NCBI GenBank assembly: GCA_002347815.1
Contig: DDXV01000018.1
Span: 9,581-73,580 of the forward strand
Reading direction: 5' to 3'
DNA: 64,000 nt
Source: Syntrophaceae bacterium UBA2251
Lineage (GTDB): Bacteria; Desulfobacterota; Syntrophia; Syntrophales; UBA2251
Under the pieces are notes generated by a model. The model did not search any database, was not told where the DNA came from, and saw only the letters and a list, made by a program, of their open reading frames with translations. The translations under genes and the position numbers were made by a program. Shown one piece after another: positions 40,328 to 48,917 of the stretch (positions are counted from its first letter, which is position 1; every line of letters begins with the position of its first letter).

Positions 40328-41029
40328 TCAGATCGCCTTGCGCCAGGCCAGCCGTTTCTCCAGCCAGCGGGACAGGCTGGTGAAGGCGAAGCAGATGATG
40401 AAGTAGATCACGGCGATGAACAGGAAGATCTCCGTGGGGTAGATCATCGTCCGGTTGTTGATCTGGGTCGCCACGTGCGTCAGTTCGGAAACCCCGACGA
40501 TGTACGCCAGCGACGTGTCCTTGATCATGGAGACGAACTGGTTCACGAAGGAGGGGATCATGTTGCGCAGGGCCTGCGGCAGGACGATGAACAGCATGGC
40601 CTGGCGCGGGTGGAGCCCCGTCGAGAGGGCCGCCTCCATCTGGCCGCTGGGGATGCCCTCGATCCCCGCCTGGACGATTTGGGACATGTAGGCGGAGGTG
40701 AAGATCGTGAGCGCCGCGATGACCGTCCAGCTTTCCGGTGTCCGGTAGCCCAGGAAGGTGGGCAGCAGGAAGTACATCCAGAAGATCATCAGAAGGAGCG
40801 GGATGCCGCGGATCGTGTTCACCACCGCCAGGGTGGGATAGCGGACGATCGGGTTGCGCGAGACGCACATGAGGCCCAGGATCAGGCCGCCGAAGAAGGA
40901 CAGGACCAGGGAGACCGCCGCCAGGTAAAGCGTGAGCAGCACCCCCCCCATGGGGCCGCTCGGGTAGCGCCCGATCATGAAGTGGGTGATGTTCGTCCAG
41001 ATGACGGTGAAGTCGAGTCCGGTTTCCAT
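40328..41029 (-). CDS. polar amino-acid ABC transporter permease
   Basis: HisM/GlnP-type permease with multiple TM helices and an EAA-like loop (EAALSTGLHPRQAMLFIVLPQAL). Confidence 0.85.
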   Translation of the reverse strand: METGLDFTVIWTNITHFMIGRYPSGPMGGVLLTLYLAAVSLVLSFFGGLILGLMCVSRNPIVRYPTLAVVNTIRGIPLLLMIFWMYFLLPTFLGYRTPESWTVIAALTIFTSAYMSQIVQAGIEGIPSGQMEAALSTGLHPRQAMLFIVLPQALRNMIPSFVNQFVSMIKDTSLAYIVGVSELTHVATQINNRTMIYPTEIFLFIAVIYFIICFAFTSLSRWLEKRLAWRKAI

Positions 41030-41032
41030 ACG

Positions 41033-41740
41033 TTATCGCATCCCGATGGGGCTCAGCACCTTCTTGCTGTAAAGGGTGACGAGCGCCGTGATGACGAGCG
41101 AGATCACCAGATAGACCAGGGTCGCCGCCGTAAAGGCCTCGAACCCCTTGAACGTGTAGCTTTCCACCTGCCGGGCCTGGTACGTCAGTTCCGCCACGCC
41201 GATGGTCATGGCGAGCGACGAGTTCTTCGCCAGGTTGAGGAACTGGTTGATGAGCGGCGGGATCGTGATCCGCACGGCCTGCGGCAGGATGATGTACAGC
41301 ATGGACCGGACATAGGAGAATCCGGAGCTGCGGGCCGCCTCCATCTGCTCCTTCGGGATGGAGCGGACGCCGGAGCGGATGTCCTCGGCGATGAAGGCCG
41401 AGGTGTAGATCGTCAGCGCGATGGCCGCGGCGGCGAATTCGAAATTCACGCTGTACAGCCAGTCCCGGGCGGCCTGCGGGAGGATCTTGTCGGAGCCGAA
41501 ATACCAGAAGAAGATCTGAACGAGGAGCGGGGTGTTGCGGAAAAACTCGAGGTAGCTGACCGCGAACCAGCGGATGGGCGCGTTCTGGCTCATCCGCATG
41601 ACGGCGATCAGCAGACCCAGGATAAAAGCGAGGGCAATCGACACCAGGGACAGCTGAATGGTGACCTTGACGCCGGACAGGATCCATTCAAAATACTGCC
41701 CTGATGTAACGATTGCCCAGTCGAACTGATAGTTGAACAC
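41033..41740 (-). CDS. polar amino-acid ABC transporter permease
   Basis: Second HisQ/GlnP-type permease (EAARSSGFSYVRSMLYIILPQAV). Confidence 0.85.
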   Translation of the reverse strand: MFNYQFDWAIVTSGQYFEWILSGVKVTIQLSLVSIALAFILGLLIAVMRMSQNAPIRWFAVSYLEFFRNTPLLVQIFFWYFGSDKILPQAARDWLYSVNFEFAAAAIALTIYTSAFIAEDIRSGVRSIPKEQMEAARSSGFSYVRSMLYIILPQAVRITIPPLINQFLNLAKNSSLAMTIGVAELTYQARQVESYTFKGFEAFTAATLVYLVISLVITALVTLYSKKVLSPIGMR

Positions 41741-41758
41741 GTCTGGAGGAAACTCCTC

Positions 41759-42583
41759 TTATCGTTCCGGCGTAATCGTGAAGGTCCGCTTCAGGACGAT
41801 CCCCGACTTCCCCTTGGGGCCGAACCACTTCGTGTAGAGTTTCTTTGCCTCGCCCTTCTTCTCCATGTCCAGGAGGGCCTTGTTGACGGCGTTCACGAAA
41901 TTCGTGTCGCCCTTGCGCATCCCGAGGCCGTAGGGCTCGTCGGAGATCTGGATGTTGGGGATTTCGTAGTTCTTCTTGTTGGGCGCCTTGGCCAGCAGAT
42001 TCGCCAGGATCGACTCGTCGGTGGTGACGGCCACCACCTTTCCCTGCTCCAGCGCCAGGAAGGCCTGGGGGTAGTCGTCGAAGGACAGGATCGTGGCCTT
42101 GGGCAGGGCCTTGGCCGCATTCTGCTCGGAGGTGGACCCCTTGGCCGTGCCGATCCGCTTCCCCTCGAGGTCGGCCAGCTTCTTGACCGTTCCCTTCTTC
42201 ACGAGGAACTTCTGGCCGGTGAAGAAGTACATGTAGCTGAAATCGATCTGTTTGGCCCGCTCGGCATTCTTGGTCATCGTCGCGGCGATGATGTCGATGT
42301 TGCCGGCGATGAGCTGGGGCATCCGGGTCGCCGACGTCACGGGTTTCAGCTCCAGTTTGACGCCGAGTTTCTTGGCAATGGCCTTGCAGAAGTCCACGTC
42401 GTACCCCATGATCTCGCGGGTCTGCTCATCGATGTAGCCGAACCCGGGCGTGGAATCCTTCACGCCGCAGACCATCACCCCCTTGCTCTTCACGTCCGCC
42501 AGGGTATCCGCGGCCAGCGCCGTGCCCCCCAGGCTGCCCACAAACACCAGTGCCAATACCCACATCCCCAATCGCTTCATCAT
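41759..42583 (-). CDS. polar amino-acid ABC transporter substrate-binding protein
   Basis: Start trimmed to MMKRLGMWVLALVFVGSLGGTALA (signal peptide), preceded by GGAGG. Periplasmic binding protein family 3 features (GVKDSTPGFGY, DIIAATMT). Confidence 0.85.
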   Translation of the reverse strand: MMKRLGMWVLALVFVGSLGGTALAADTLADVKSKGVMVCGVKDSTPGFGYIDEQTREIMGYDVDFCKAIAKKLGVKLELKPVTSATRMPQLIAGNIDIIAATMTKNAERAKQIDFSYMYFFTGQKFLVKKGTVKKLADLEGKRIGTAKGSTSEQNAAKALPKATILSFDDYPQAFLALEQGKVVAVTTDESILANLLAKAPNKKNYEIPNIQISDEPYGLGMRKGDTNFVNAVNKALLDMEKKGEAKKLYTKWFGPKGKSGIVLKRTFTITPER

Positions 42584-42680
42584 GCTTGTCCTCCTTTCAA
42601 CGCTGAATGAATTCCCATAGAAGGCTGAATTCAGGACCATCCTCATGGCCCGGTGCCTTTAGCCCGTCGCCTTTCCCCTC

Positions 42681-42812
42681 CTAGTGTAGTGTTACAGGAA
42701 CGGCTTTACAATGCTGCCATGTGAGCGACGTAATAAACATTAATGAATATGAGCATTTAAAATTATATTTTCAAGGATCATGTGGCAACTGATTGTCGAA
42801 ACACTACACTAG
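42681..42812. repeat. 13-bp perfect inverted repeat pair bracketing an AT-rich 106-nt spacer
   Basis: CTAGTGTAGTGTT (42681-42693) and AACACTACACTAG (42800-42812). The right arm contains the stop codon of the ATPase gene, and each arm holds a TAGTG-TAGTG internal repeat. Confidence 0.6.
42745..42773 (-). promoter_or_regulatory. candidate internal promoter for the binding-protein/permease genes
   Basis: Minus strand reads TTGAAA (42773-42768), a 17-nt spacer, then CATATT (42750-42745), inside the inverted-repeat bracket. Confidence 0.4.
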
Positions 42813-43543
42813 TGCATCGGAGAGAGGATCTCCTTGAGGAACAACTGCGCCCGCTCGTGCCGCGGATTCTTGAAGAATTCGTCCGGCGTGGCCTCTTCGA
42901 GAATCACCCCGTAATCCATGAAGGTGACGCGATCCGCCACCTCGCGGGCGAATCCCATTTCATGCGTCACCACGATCAGCGTCATCCCCGTGTGGGCCAG
43001 GCCCTGCATGACCTCCAGGACCTCTCCGATCATCTCCGGGTCGAGGGCCGACGTCGGCTCGTCGAAGAGCATGATCTTCGGCTTCATGGCGAGCCCGCGG
43101 GCAATGGCCACCCGCTGCTGCTGCCCCCCGGAGAGCTGCGCCGGGTAGGCGTCCCGCTTTTCCGCGAGCCCGACCCGCTCCAGCAGGGCCATGGCCTGTT
43201 CCTCCGCCTCTGTACGGGCGATCTTGCGGATCTTGATGGGCGCAAGGGTGATGTTTTTGATGACGCTCAGGTGGGGATAGAGATTGAACTGCTGGAAGAC
43301 GAACCCGATTTCCGCCCGCAGCCCGTTGATGTCGGTTTTCCGGTCGGACAGATCCTGTCCGTCGACGAACAGGCTGCCCTTCTGGATGGGTTCGAGCTTG
43401 TTGATCGTCCGGATGAGGGTGGATTTCCCCGATCCGGAGGGACCGCAGACGACGACGACCTCGCCCTGCTTGACATGGAGATTGACGTCATTCAACACAT
43501 GAAGTTTCTTGAACCATTTGTGCACACCTTGAAACCTGATCAT
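42809..43543 (-). CDS. polar amino-acid ABC transporter ATP-binding protein
   Basis: Start trimmed to [11 protein letters not shown]. Walker [10 protein letters not shown], signature [13 protein letters not shown] and Walker [13 protein letters not shown]. Confidence 0.9.
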   Translation of the reverse strand: MIRFQGVHKWFKKLHVLNDVNLHVKQGEVVVVCGPSGSGKSTLIRTINKLEPIQKGSLFVDGQDLSDRKTDINGLRAEIGFVFQQFNLYPHLSVIKNITLAPIKIRKIARTEAEEQAMALLERVGLAEKRDAYPAQLSGGQQQRVAIARGLAMKPKIMLFDEPTSALDPEMIGEVLEVMQGLAHTGMTLIVVTHEMGFAREVADRVTFMDYGVILEEATPDEFFKNPRHERAQLFLKEILSPMH

Positions 43544-43669
43544 GTGCCACTCCCGGCAAATCCAAACGTTGAAGTCCCTCCGGCGCAACCGTTCGGCCGC
43601 ACCGTAAAAAGGTGAAATCTCTTATACCAGTTTCGGGAAACAATCAATAAAATAATAGAAGCGGACCTT

Positions 43670-43698
43670 TTGCCTTGAAATCCCCCCCTCCTTATAGT
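43670..43698 (+). promoter_or_regulatory. candidate promoter of the Zn-ribbon/gcv operon
   Basis: TTGCCT (43670-43675), a 17-nt spacer, then TATAGT (43693-43698). Confidence 0.4.
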
Positions 43699-43713
43699 AC
43701 GTAATAGTACGTA
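43694..43713. repeat. exact tandem 10-mer (operator-like) overlapping the candidate -10
   Basis: ATAGTACGTA occurs twice, head to tail. Each unit contains the palindrome TACGTA. Lies 46 nt upstream of the Zn-ribbon gene. Confidence 0.6.
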
Positions 43714-43759
43714 GAACGGCACCGAACGATTCCGAGAAACGTTTCCGGAGAGACAAGCG

Positions 43760-44083
43760 ATGGTCAAGATCCAATGTCCCCAGTGCGGGAAGAGTTTCAT
43801 CTGGACGGACCGGATGCCGATCCGGGGCCTGTGCCCGACCGATGACTGCCGCTGGACCTACGACGTCGGCGAACAGATCAAAAAAAGCGCCGAGGCCAAG
43901 ACGGCCTCGCCGGAGCGGGAGCCGCGCTGTCCCAGCTGCGGGGCGCCCATCGCCTCGCACCTGACGGTCTGCCAGTCCTGCGACGGGGTCGTGGTGGGCG
44001 GAAAGGCCCTGAGAAAATCCAACATCTTTTTCGGGGTGGTCGTCATCCTGATCCTGCTGTCCCTGCTTTACCGTTACTATTAG
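43760..44083 (+). CDS. double zinc-ribbon membrane-anchored protein, function unknown
   Basis: CPQCG...CPTDDC and CPSCG...CQSC cysteine pairs with a C-terminal TM helix (IFFGVVVILILLSLLY). GC3-biased codons, and GGAGAG lies 8 nt before the ATG. Confidence 0.6.
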   Translation: MVKIQCPQCGKSFIWTDRMPIRGLCPTDDCRWTYDVGEQIKKSAEAKTASPEREPRCPSCGAPIASHLTVCQSCDGVVVGGKALRKSNIFFGVVVILILLSLLYRYY

Positions 44084-44222
44084 TTCCGGGGTTCCTTCGC
44101 GTCCATCGCCTGCGGGCCATGACGGGACCGGTCGGGCGGTCCTGTCCGTAACCCCGGCGCCTTCCGCCCCCGGCCCGGGCGGGTCCGCAAGACAGGCCTC
44201 AAGGCCGACTCGGGAGTGACCC

Positions 44223-45317
44223 ATGAACCAGACGCCGCTTTACGACCGCCACGTTCGCGCCGGCGCCCGGATGATCGATTTCGGCGGCTGGGCCATGCCC
44301 GTCCAGTACACCGGCGTCATCGAGGAGCACCGCGCCACGCGGAAGAGCGCCGGTCTCTTCGACATCTGTCACATGGGCGAGATCGAGGTTCGGGGCGCCG
44401 CTGCGCTGGCGTTTCTGCAGCGGTGCTTAAGCCGGGACCTGGGCGACCTGGAAACGGGCCGTCTCAAGCTCAGCGTCCTGACGAGCGAAGCGGGCGGCAT
44501 TCTGGACGACCTGACGGTCTATCGTCTGGAGGCGGACCGCTACGGACTCGTCACCAACGCCGGAACGCGCCTCAAGGATGCGGCCTGGCTCGAGACCGTC
44601 AAGGCGGCGGAGGGGTTCCGGGAGGTGGAGATCGTCGACCGGACGGATGAAATCGGGAAACTCGATCTCCAGGGCCCGGCGGCCCAGGCGATCCTGCAGC
44701 CCCTGACGCCGGCCGCCCTGGACGGGCTCGCGTACTACCGCTTCACGCGCACGCGGGTGGCCGACCGGCCGGCCCTTGTCTCCCGCAGCGGCTACACCGG
44801 CGAGGACGGCTTCGAGATCTACGCCGCGAGCGACGCGATCGGAGCGATCTGGGATGCGCTGCTCGAACACGGCGCCGCCCGGAATCTGAGGCCCGTGGGT
44901 CTCGGGGCGCGGGATACGCTCCGCCTGGAGGCGGGCATGCTCCTCTACGGCCACGACATGGACGAAACGACCACGCCCTACGAGGTGATCTACGGCTGGC
45001 TCGTCGATCCGGCGAAGGACTTCATCGGGAGCGACGCCCTCCGGCGCCGGAAGGCGGCGGGCGTGGACCGGAAGCTCGTCGGCTTCGAGATGACCGGGCG
45101 GGGGATCGCCCGCGAGGGGCACCCCGTCTGGCGGAACGGCGAGGCGATCGGCGCCGTCACCTCGGGAACGTTTTCCCCGACGCTTTCCCGGGCCATCGGT
45201 CTGGCCCTGGTGTCCGCGGCGGCGAAGGCGCCGGGGACGGAGATCTGCATTCAAATCCGCGACAACCTCGTCCCGGCCGCGGTGGTCGAACTTCCCTTTT
45301 ACAGGCGTCCGAGGTAA
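44223..45317 (+). CDS. gcvT: glycine cleavage system aminomethyltransferase (T protein)
   Basis: [36 protein letters not shown] and a typical 364-aa length. Confidence 0.95.
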   Translation: MNQTPLYDRHVRAGARMIDFGGWAMPVQYTGVIEEHRATRKSAGLFDICHMGEIEVRGAAALAFLQRCLSRDLGDLETGRLKLSVLTSEAGGILDDLTVYRLEADRYGLVTNAGTRLKDAAWLETVKAAEGFREVEIVDRTDEIGKLDLQGPAAQAILQPLTPAALDGLAYYRFTRTRVADRPALVSRSGYTGEDGFEIYAASDAIGAIWDALLEHGAARNLRPVGLGARDTLRLEAGMLLYGHDMDETTTPYEVIYGWLVDPAKDFIGSDALRRRKAAGVDRKLVGFEMTGRGIAREGHPVWRNGEAIGAVTSGTFSPTLSRAIGLALVSAAAKAPGTEICIQIRDNLVPAAVVELPFYRRPR

Positions 45318-45350
45318 ACCCGACAACCCCTTATCGATCAGGAGCAGGCT

Positions 45351-45749
45351 ATGTCCAAACCCAATCCAACCGACCGGAAATATTCCCAGGAGCACGAGTG
45401 GGCCCTGCCGCACGGCGACGGTACAGCAACGATGGGCATCACCGATCACGCCCAGGAACTGCTCACCGACATCGTCTTCGTCGAGCTCCCCGCGCTCGGC
45501 CGGCAGATCCGCCAGGGCGAGGCCGTCGCCGTCGTGGAGTCGGTCAAGTCCGTCTCGGACGTCTTCGCCCCCCTGAGCGGCGAGGTCATCGCCGTGAACC
45601 GGGCCCTGGAGGACCGGCCGGAGCTCATCAACGAGGACGCCTGCGGCGAGGGGTGGATCGCGAAACTGAAGCTGGCCGATCCGCAGGAATACGACGGCCT
45701 GATGGACGCCGCCGCCTACGACGCCTTCATCCGGGACGACGCGCACTGA
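45351..45749 (+). CDS. gcvH: glycine cleavage system H protein (paralog 2)
   Basis: YSQEHEWA, GITDHAQELLTDIVFVELP, and VESVKSVSDV carrying the lipoyl lysine. Confidence 0.95.
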   Translation: MSKPNPTDRKYSQEHEWALPHGDGTATMGITDHAQELLTDIVFVELPALGRQIRQGEAVAVVESVKSVSDVFAPLSGEVIAVNRALEDRPELINEDACGEGWIAKLKLADPQEYDGLMDAAAYDAFIRDDAH

Positions 45750-45768
45750 TCCCGTAAGGAAGATCCCG

Positions 45769-47097
45769 ATGGATTACAGCCCCCACACGGCGGAAGACCG
45801 CAAGACCATGATGGACGCGGTCGGGATCGCCGCAATCGAAGACCTGTTCGGAGACATCCCCGAACGATGGCGTCTGAGCCGCCTGCTGGACCTGCCGCCC
45901 GCCCTCTCGGAGCAGGAGGCCTTCACACAGATGAAGGCGCTGAGCGAACGCAACCGCCTCCCCGATATCACCCTGACCGGCGCCGGCGCGTACCGGCACT
46001 ACATCCCCGCCGTCGTCGGACACCTGACGCAACGGTCCGAGTTCTCCACGGCCTACACCCCGTACCAGGCGGAGATCAGCCAGGGCATCCTGCAGGCCGT
46101 CTACGAATACCAGACGATGATCGCCCGCCTCACGGGGATGCAGGTGGCCAACGCGTCGATGTACGACGGGGCCTCGGCGACGGCGGAGGCGGCGGTGCTG
46201 TCCGCCAGGACGCTCGGCCGGACCGGGGTCGTCGTCGCCCGCTCCGTCCACCCCGCGTACCGCCAGGTTCTCCGGACGTACGCCTGGGCGAACGGACTGG
46301 CGGTCGAAGAGGCGCCGTTCACGGGCGATGGCCGGCTCGACCGCGAGGCCCTCGCGGCAGCCGTCCGGGAATCGACCGCCGCCGTCATCGTGCAGAGCCC
46401 CAATTATTTCGGCGTGGTGGAGGACCTCGCCGCCGTCGCGCCCCTCGTCCACGCCGCCGGGGCGCACCTCGTTCATTGCTTCACCGAAGCAACGTCCCTG
46501 GGCCTGCTCAAACCGGCGGGCGCCATGGGCGCCGACCTCTGCGCGGGGGAAGGCCAGGCCTTCGGCAATCCGGTCAGTTACGGCGGGCCGTATCTCGGCA
46601 TCTTCGCCGCCACGGAAACGTTCCTGCGGAAGATCCCGGGCCGCCTGGCGGGCGCCACGGTGGACCGGGACGGCCGGCGCGCCTTCGTCCTGACGCTCCA
46701 GACCCGGGAACAGCACATCCGGCGCGAGAAGGCGACCTCGAACATCTGTTCCAACGAGGCCCTCTGCGCCCTCGCCGCGGCCGTCTACCTCGCCTGCCTG
46801 GGGAAGAACCTGAAGCCCCTGGCCGAGCTGAACGCCGCGAAGGCCGGGTATCTGCGCCGGCGCCTCCTCGATCTGCCCGGCTGGGCGCCCGCCTTCTCCG
46901 GACCGGTTTACAACGAGTTCATCCTGCGCTGTCCCGATCCGGAGGGCGTGAACGCCCGGTGGGCGGAGGCCGGCATCAGCGGCGGGGTCAGCCTCGCGGG
47001 GGATTATCCCGAGCTGCCCGGTGCGCTGCTCCTGTGCGCCACGGAGCTGCTCACGCGGGAGGACCTGGACCGGGCCGTCGACGTGATCCGCCCCTGA
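45769..47097 (+). CDS. gcvPA: glycine dehydrogenase (decarboxylating) subunit 1
   Basis: GAGAYRHYIPAVV, YTPYQAEISQG, and REQHIRREKATSNICSN. Confidence 0.95.
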   Translation: MDYSPHTAEDRKTMMDAVGIAAIEDLFGDIPERWRLSRLLDLPPALSEQEAFTQMKALSERNRLPDITLTGAGAYRHYIPAVVGHLTQRSEFSTAYTPYQAEISQGILQAVYEYQTMIARLTGMQVANASMYDGASATAEAAVLSARTLGRTGVVVARSVHPAYRQVLRTYAWANGLAVEEAPFTGDGRLDREALAAAVRESTAAVIVQSPNYFGVVEDLAAVAPLVHAAGAHLVHCFTEATSLGLLKPAGAMGADLCAGEGQAFGNPVSYGGPYLGIFAATETFLRKIPGRLAGATVDRDGRRAFVLTLQTREQHIRREKATSNICSNEALCALAAAVYLACLGKNLKPLAELNAAKAGYLRRRLLDLPGWAPAFSGPVYNEFILRCPDPEGVNARWAEAGISGGVSLAGDYPELPGALLLCATELLTREDLDRAVDVIRP

Positions 47098-47117
47098 CGA
47101 CCCGGAGCGAAGGGAAA

Positions 47118-47229
47118 GGAATCCGGCTGAAGAGAACGCGATCCCGCCGTCGTGGAGATGAAGCGCCCCCGTAAAAGCGGTTGTTTTCGAGCAGGCGGGA
47201 TCCATGACGTGAGCGAAGGACCGGATTCC
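47118..47229 (+). other. candidate structured RNA element in the gcvPA-gcvPB spacer
   Basis: Two nested perfect 9-bp helices. Outer: GGAATCCGG (47118-47126) with CCGGATTCC (47221-47229). Inner: GATCCCGCC (47140-47148) with GGCGGGATC (47194-47202). Confidence 0.35.
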
Positions 47230-47312
47230 CGACTGCGCGTGAATGGAAAAACGGCCGATCCGTGATTGTTTCGGGATCATTGAATTGGATCGAGCGAGCG
47301 GAGCAAGAAACC

Positions 47313-48794
47313 GTGGAAAAGAATCCCTCCCATCCGGACGTTGAGCTGATTTTCGAAAAGAGCCGGCCGGGCCGGCGGGCCGGCGCGATCCCGCCGTGCG
47401 ACGTGCCGGTGACGGCGGACGGCCCGCGCATCGAGACGCATCTGCTCCGGGACGACGTCGACCTCCCCGAAGTGGCGGAGATCGATCTCGTCCGCCATTA
47501 TACCGCCCTGTCCCGCCGCAACTTCGGCGTCGACCTCGGCTTCTACCCGCTCGGCTCCTGCACGATGAAGTACAACCCGAAGGTGAACGACGCGGCGGCG
47601 GCGCTGCCCGGTTTCGCCGATCTCCACCCCGGGGTCCCGGCGGCCTTCGCCCAGGGCAGCCTGCGGCTGATGGACGGACTGCGCCGCGACCTGTGCGAAA
47701 TCTTCGGCATGGCCGACTTCACCCTGCAACCGGCGGCCGGCGCCCACGGCGAGCTGGCGGGCGTCATGATGATCCGGAAGTATTTCGAGAAGCGGGGAGA
47801 AAAACGCACGCGGATCCTGATCCCCGACACGGCCCACGGGACGAATCCCGCCTCGGGCGCCCTGTGCGGCTACGAGGTCGCGCAGGCGCCGTCCAACAAC
47901 GCGGGCGGGGTGGATCTCGACGCCCTGGCCGCGGCCATGACGGAAAACACCGCCGGCCTCATGCTGACGAACCCGAACACCCTGGGACTCTTCGAGCGGA
48001 ACATCGCGGCGGTGGCCCGGATCGTCCATGACCGGGGCGGCCTCCTCTACGGCGACGGCGCCAACGCCAACGCCTTCCTGGGAAAGGTGCGGCCGGGCGA
48101 GATCGGCTTCGACGTCATCCAGTTGAACCTCCACAAGACCTTCTCCACCCCCCACGGGTGCGGCGGCCCCGGGAGCGGCCCCGTCGGCGTCGGGGCCGCC
48201 CTCGAACCCTTCCTCCCCGTCCCCCGGATCGTCCGGACGGACGCGGGCTACGCCTGGTCGGAGGCGTATCCCGACACGATCGGGCGCGTCCGGGCCTTTT
48301 ACGGGAACTTCGCCGTGATGGTCAGGGCCTGCGCCTACCTCCGCAGCCTCGGCGCGGCGGGCCTCCGGCGGACGGCGGAGGACGCCGTTCTCGCCGCCAA
48401 CTACGTCCAGGCGCGCCTGAAGGCCTTCTACGACCTCCCCTACGACCGCCCCTGCATGCACGAATGCGTCTTTTCCGGACGGCGGCAGGTCCGGGAAAAC
48501 GGCGTCCACACGACCGACATCGCCAAGCGCCTGCTCGACTACGGCGTCCACCCGCCGACGATCTACTTCCCCCTGATCGTCCCGGAGGCCATCATGATCG
48601 AACCGACCGAGACGGAGAGCATCGAGACGCTCGACGCCTTCTGCGACGCGATGATCGCCATCGCCGCCGAAGCGAAGGACGACCCGGAAATCGTGAAGTC
48701 GGCCCCGCACACCACCCCCGTGAAGCGCCTCGACGAGGTCCTGGCCGCCCGCCGGCCGGACGTTTGCTGGAAGGGCCCATCCGGTCCCGATTGA
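47313..48794 (+). CDS. gcvPB: glycine dehydrogenase (decarboxylating) subunit 2
   Basis: LIFEKSRPGRRA, the PLP region NLHKTFSTPHGGGGPG-like (here NLHKTFSTPHGCGGPG). Preferred start is GTG 47313, 10 nt after GGAG. The track start GTG 47262 is possible. Confidence 0.9.
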   Translation: MEKNPSHPDVELIFEKSRPGRRAGAIPPCDVPVTADGPRIETHLLRDDVDLPEVAEIDLVRHYTALSRRNFGVDLGFYPLGSCTMKYNPKVNDAAAALPGFADLHPGVPAAFAQGSLRLMDGLRRDLCEIFGMADFTLQPAAGAHGELAGVMMIRKYFEKRGEKRTRILIPDTAHGTNPASGALCGYEVAQAPSNNAGGVDLDALAAAMTENTAGLMLTNPNTLGLFERNIAAVARIVHDRGGLLYGDGANANAFLGKVRPGEIGFDVIQLNLHKTFSTPHGCGGPGSGPVGVGAALEPFLPVPRIVRTDAGYAWSEAYPDTIGRVRAFYGNFAVMVRACAYLRSLGAAGLRRTAEDAVLAANYVQARLKAFYDLPYDRPCMHECVFSGRRQVRENGVHTTDIAKRLLDYGVHPPTIYFPLIVPEAIMIEPTETESIETLDAFCDAMIAIAAEAKDDPEIVKSAPHTTPVKRLDEVLAARRPDVCWKGPSGPD

Positions 48795-48917
48795 TCCATG
48801 ACCGACGAAACCGCCGGGGACATCGGAAAACTTGAAGCCGGTCTCCGGACGGGGCGCGGGCGGGGTGCGATCATGCCTCTCAAGAAATGATTGACCTTGG
48901 GGGCGGCTTCGGCCAAA

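Noticed and set aside
44084-44222. Possible glycine riboswitch upstream of gcvT
   Set aside because: I looked for the conserved aptamer cores (GGAGAG ... ACCGAAGGGGCAA-type) and found none. The region is GC-rich without the expected tandem-aptamer pattern. An Rfam scan would settle it.
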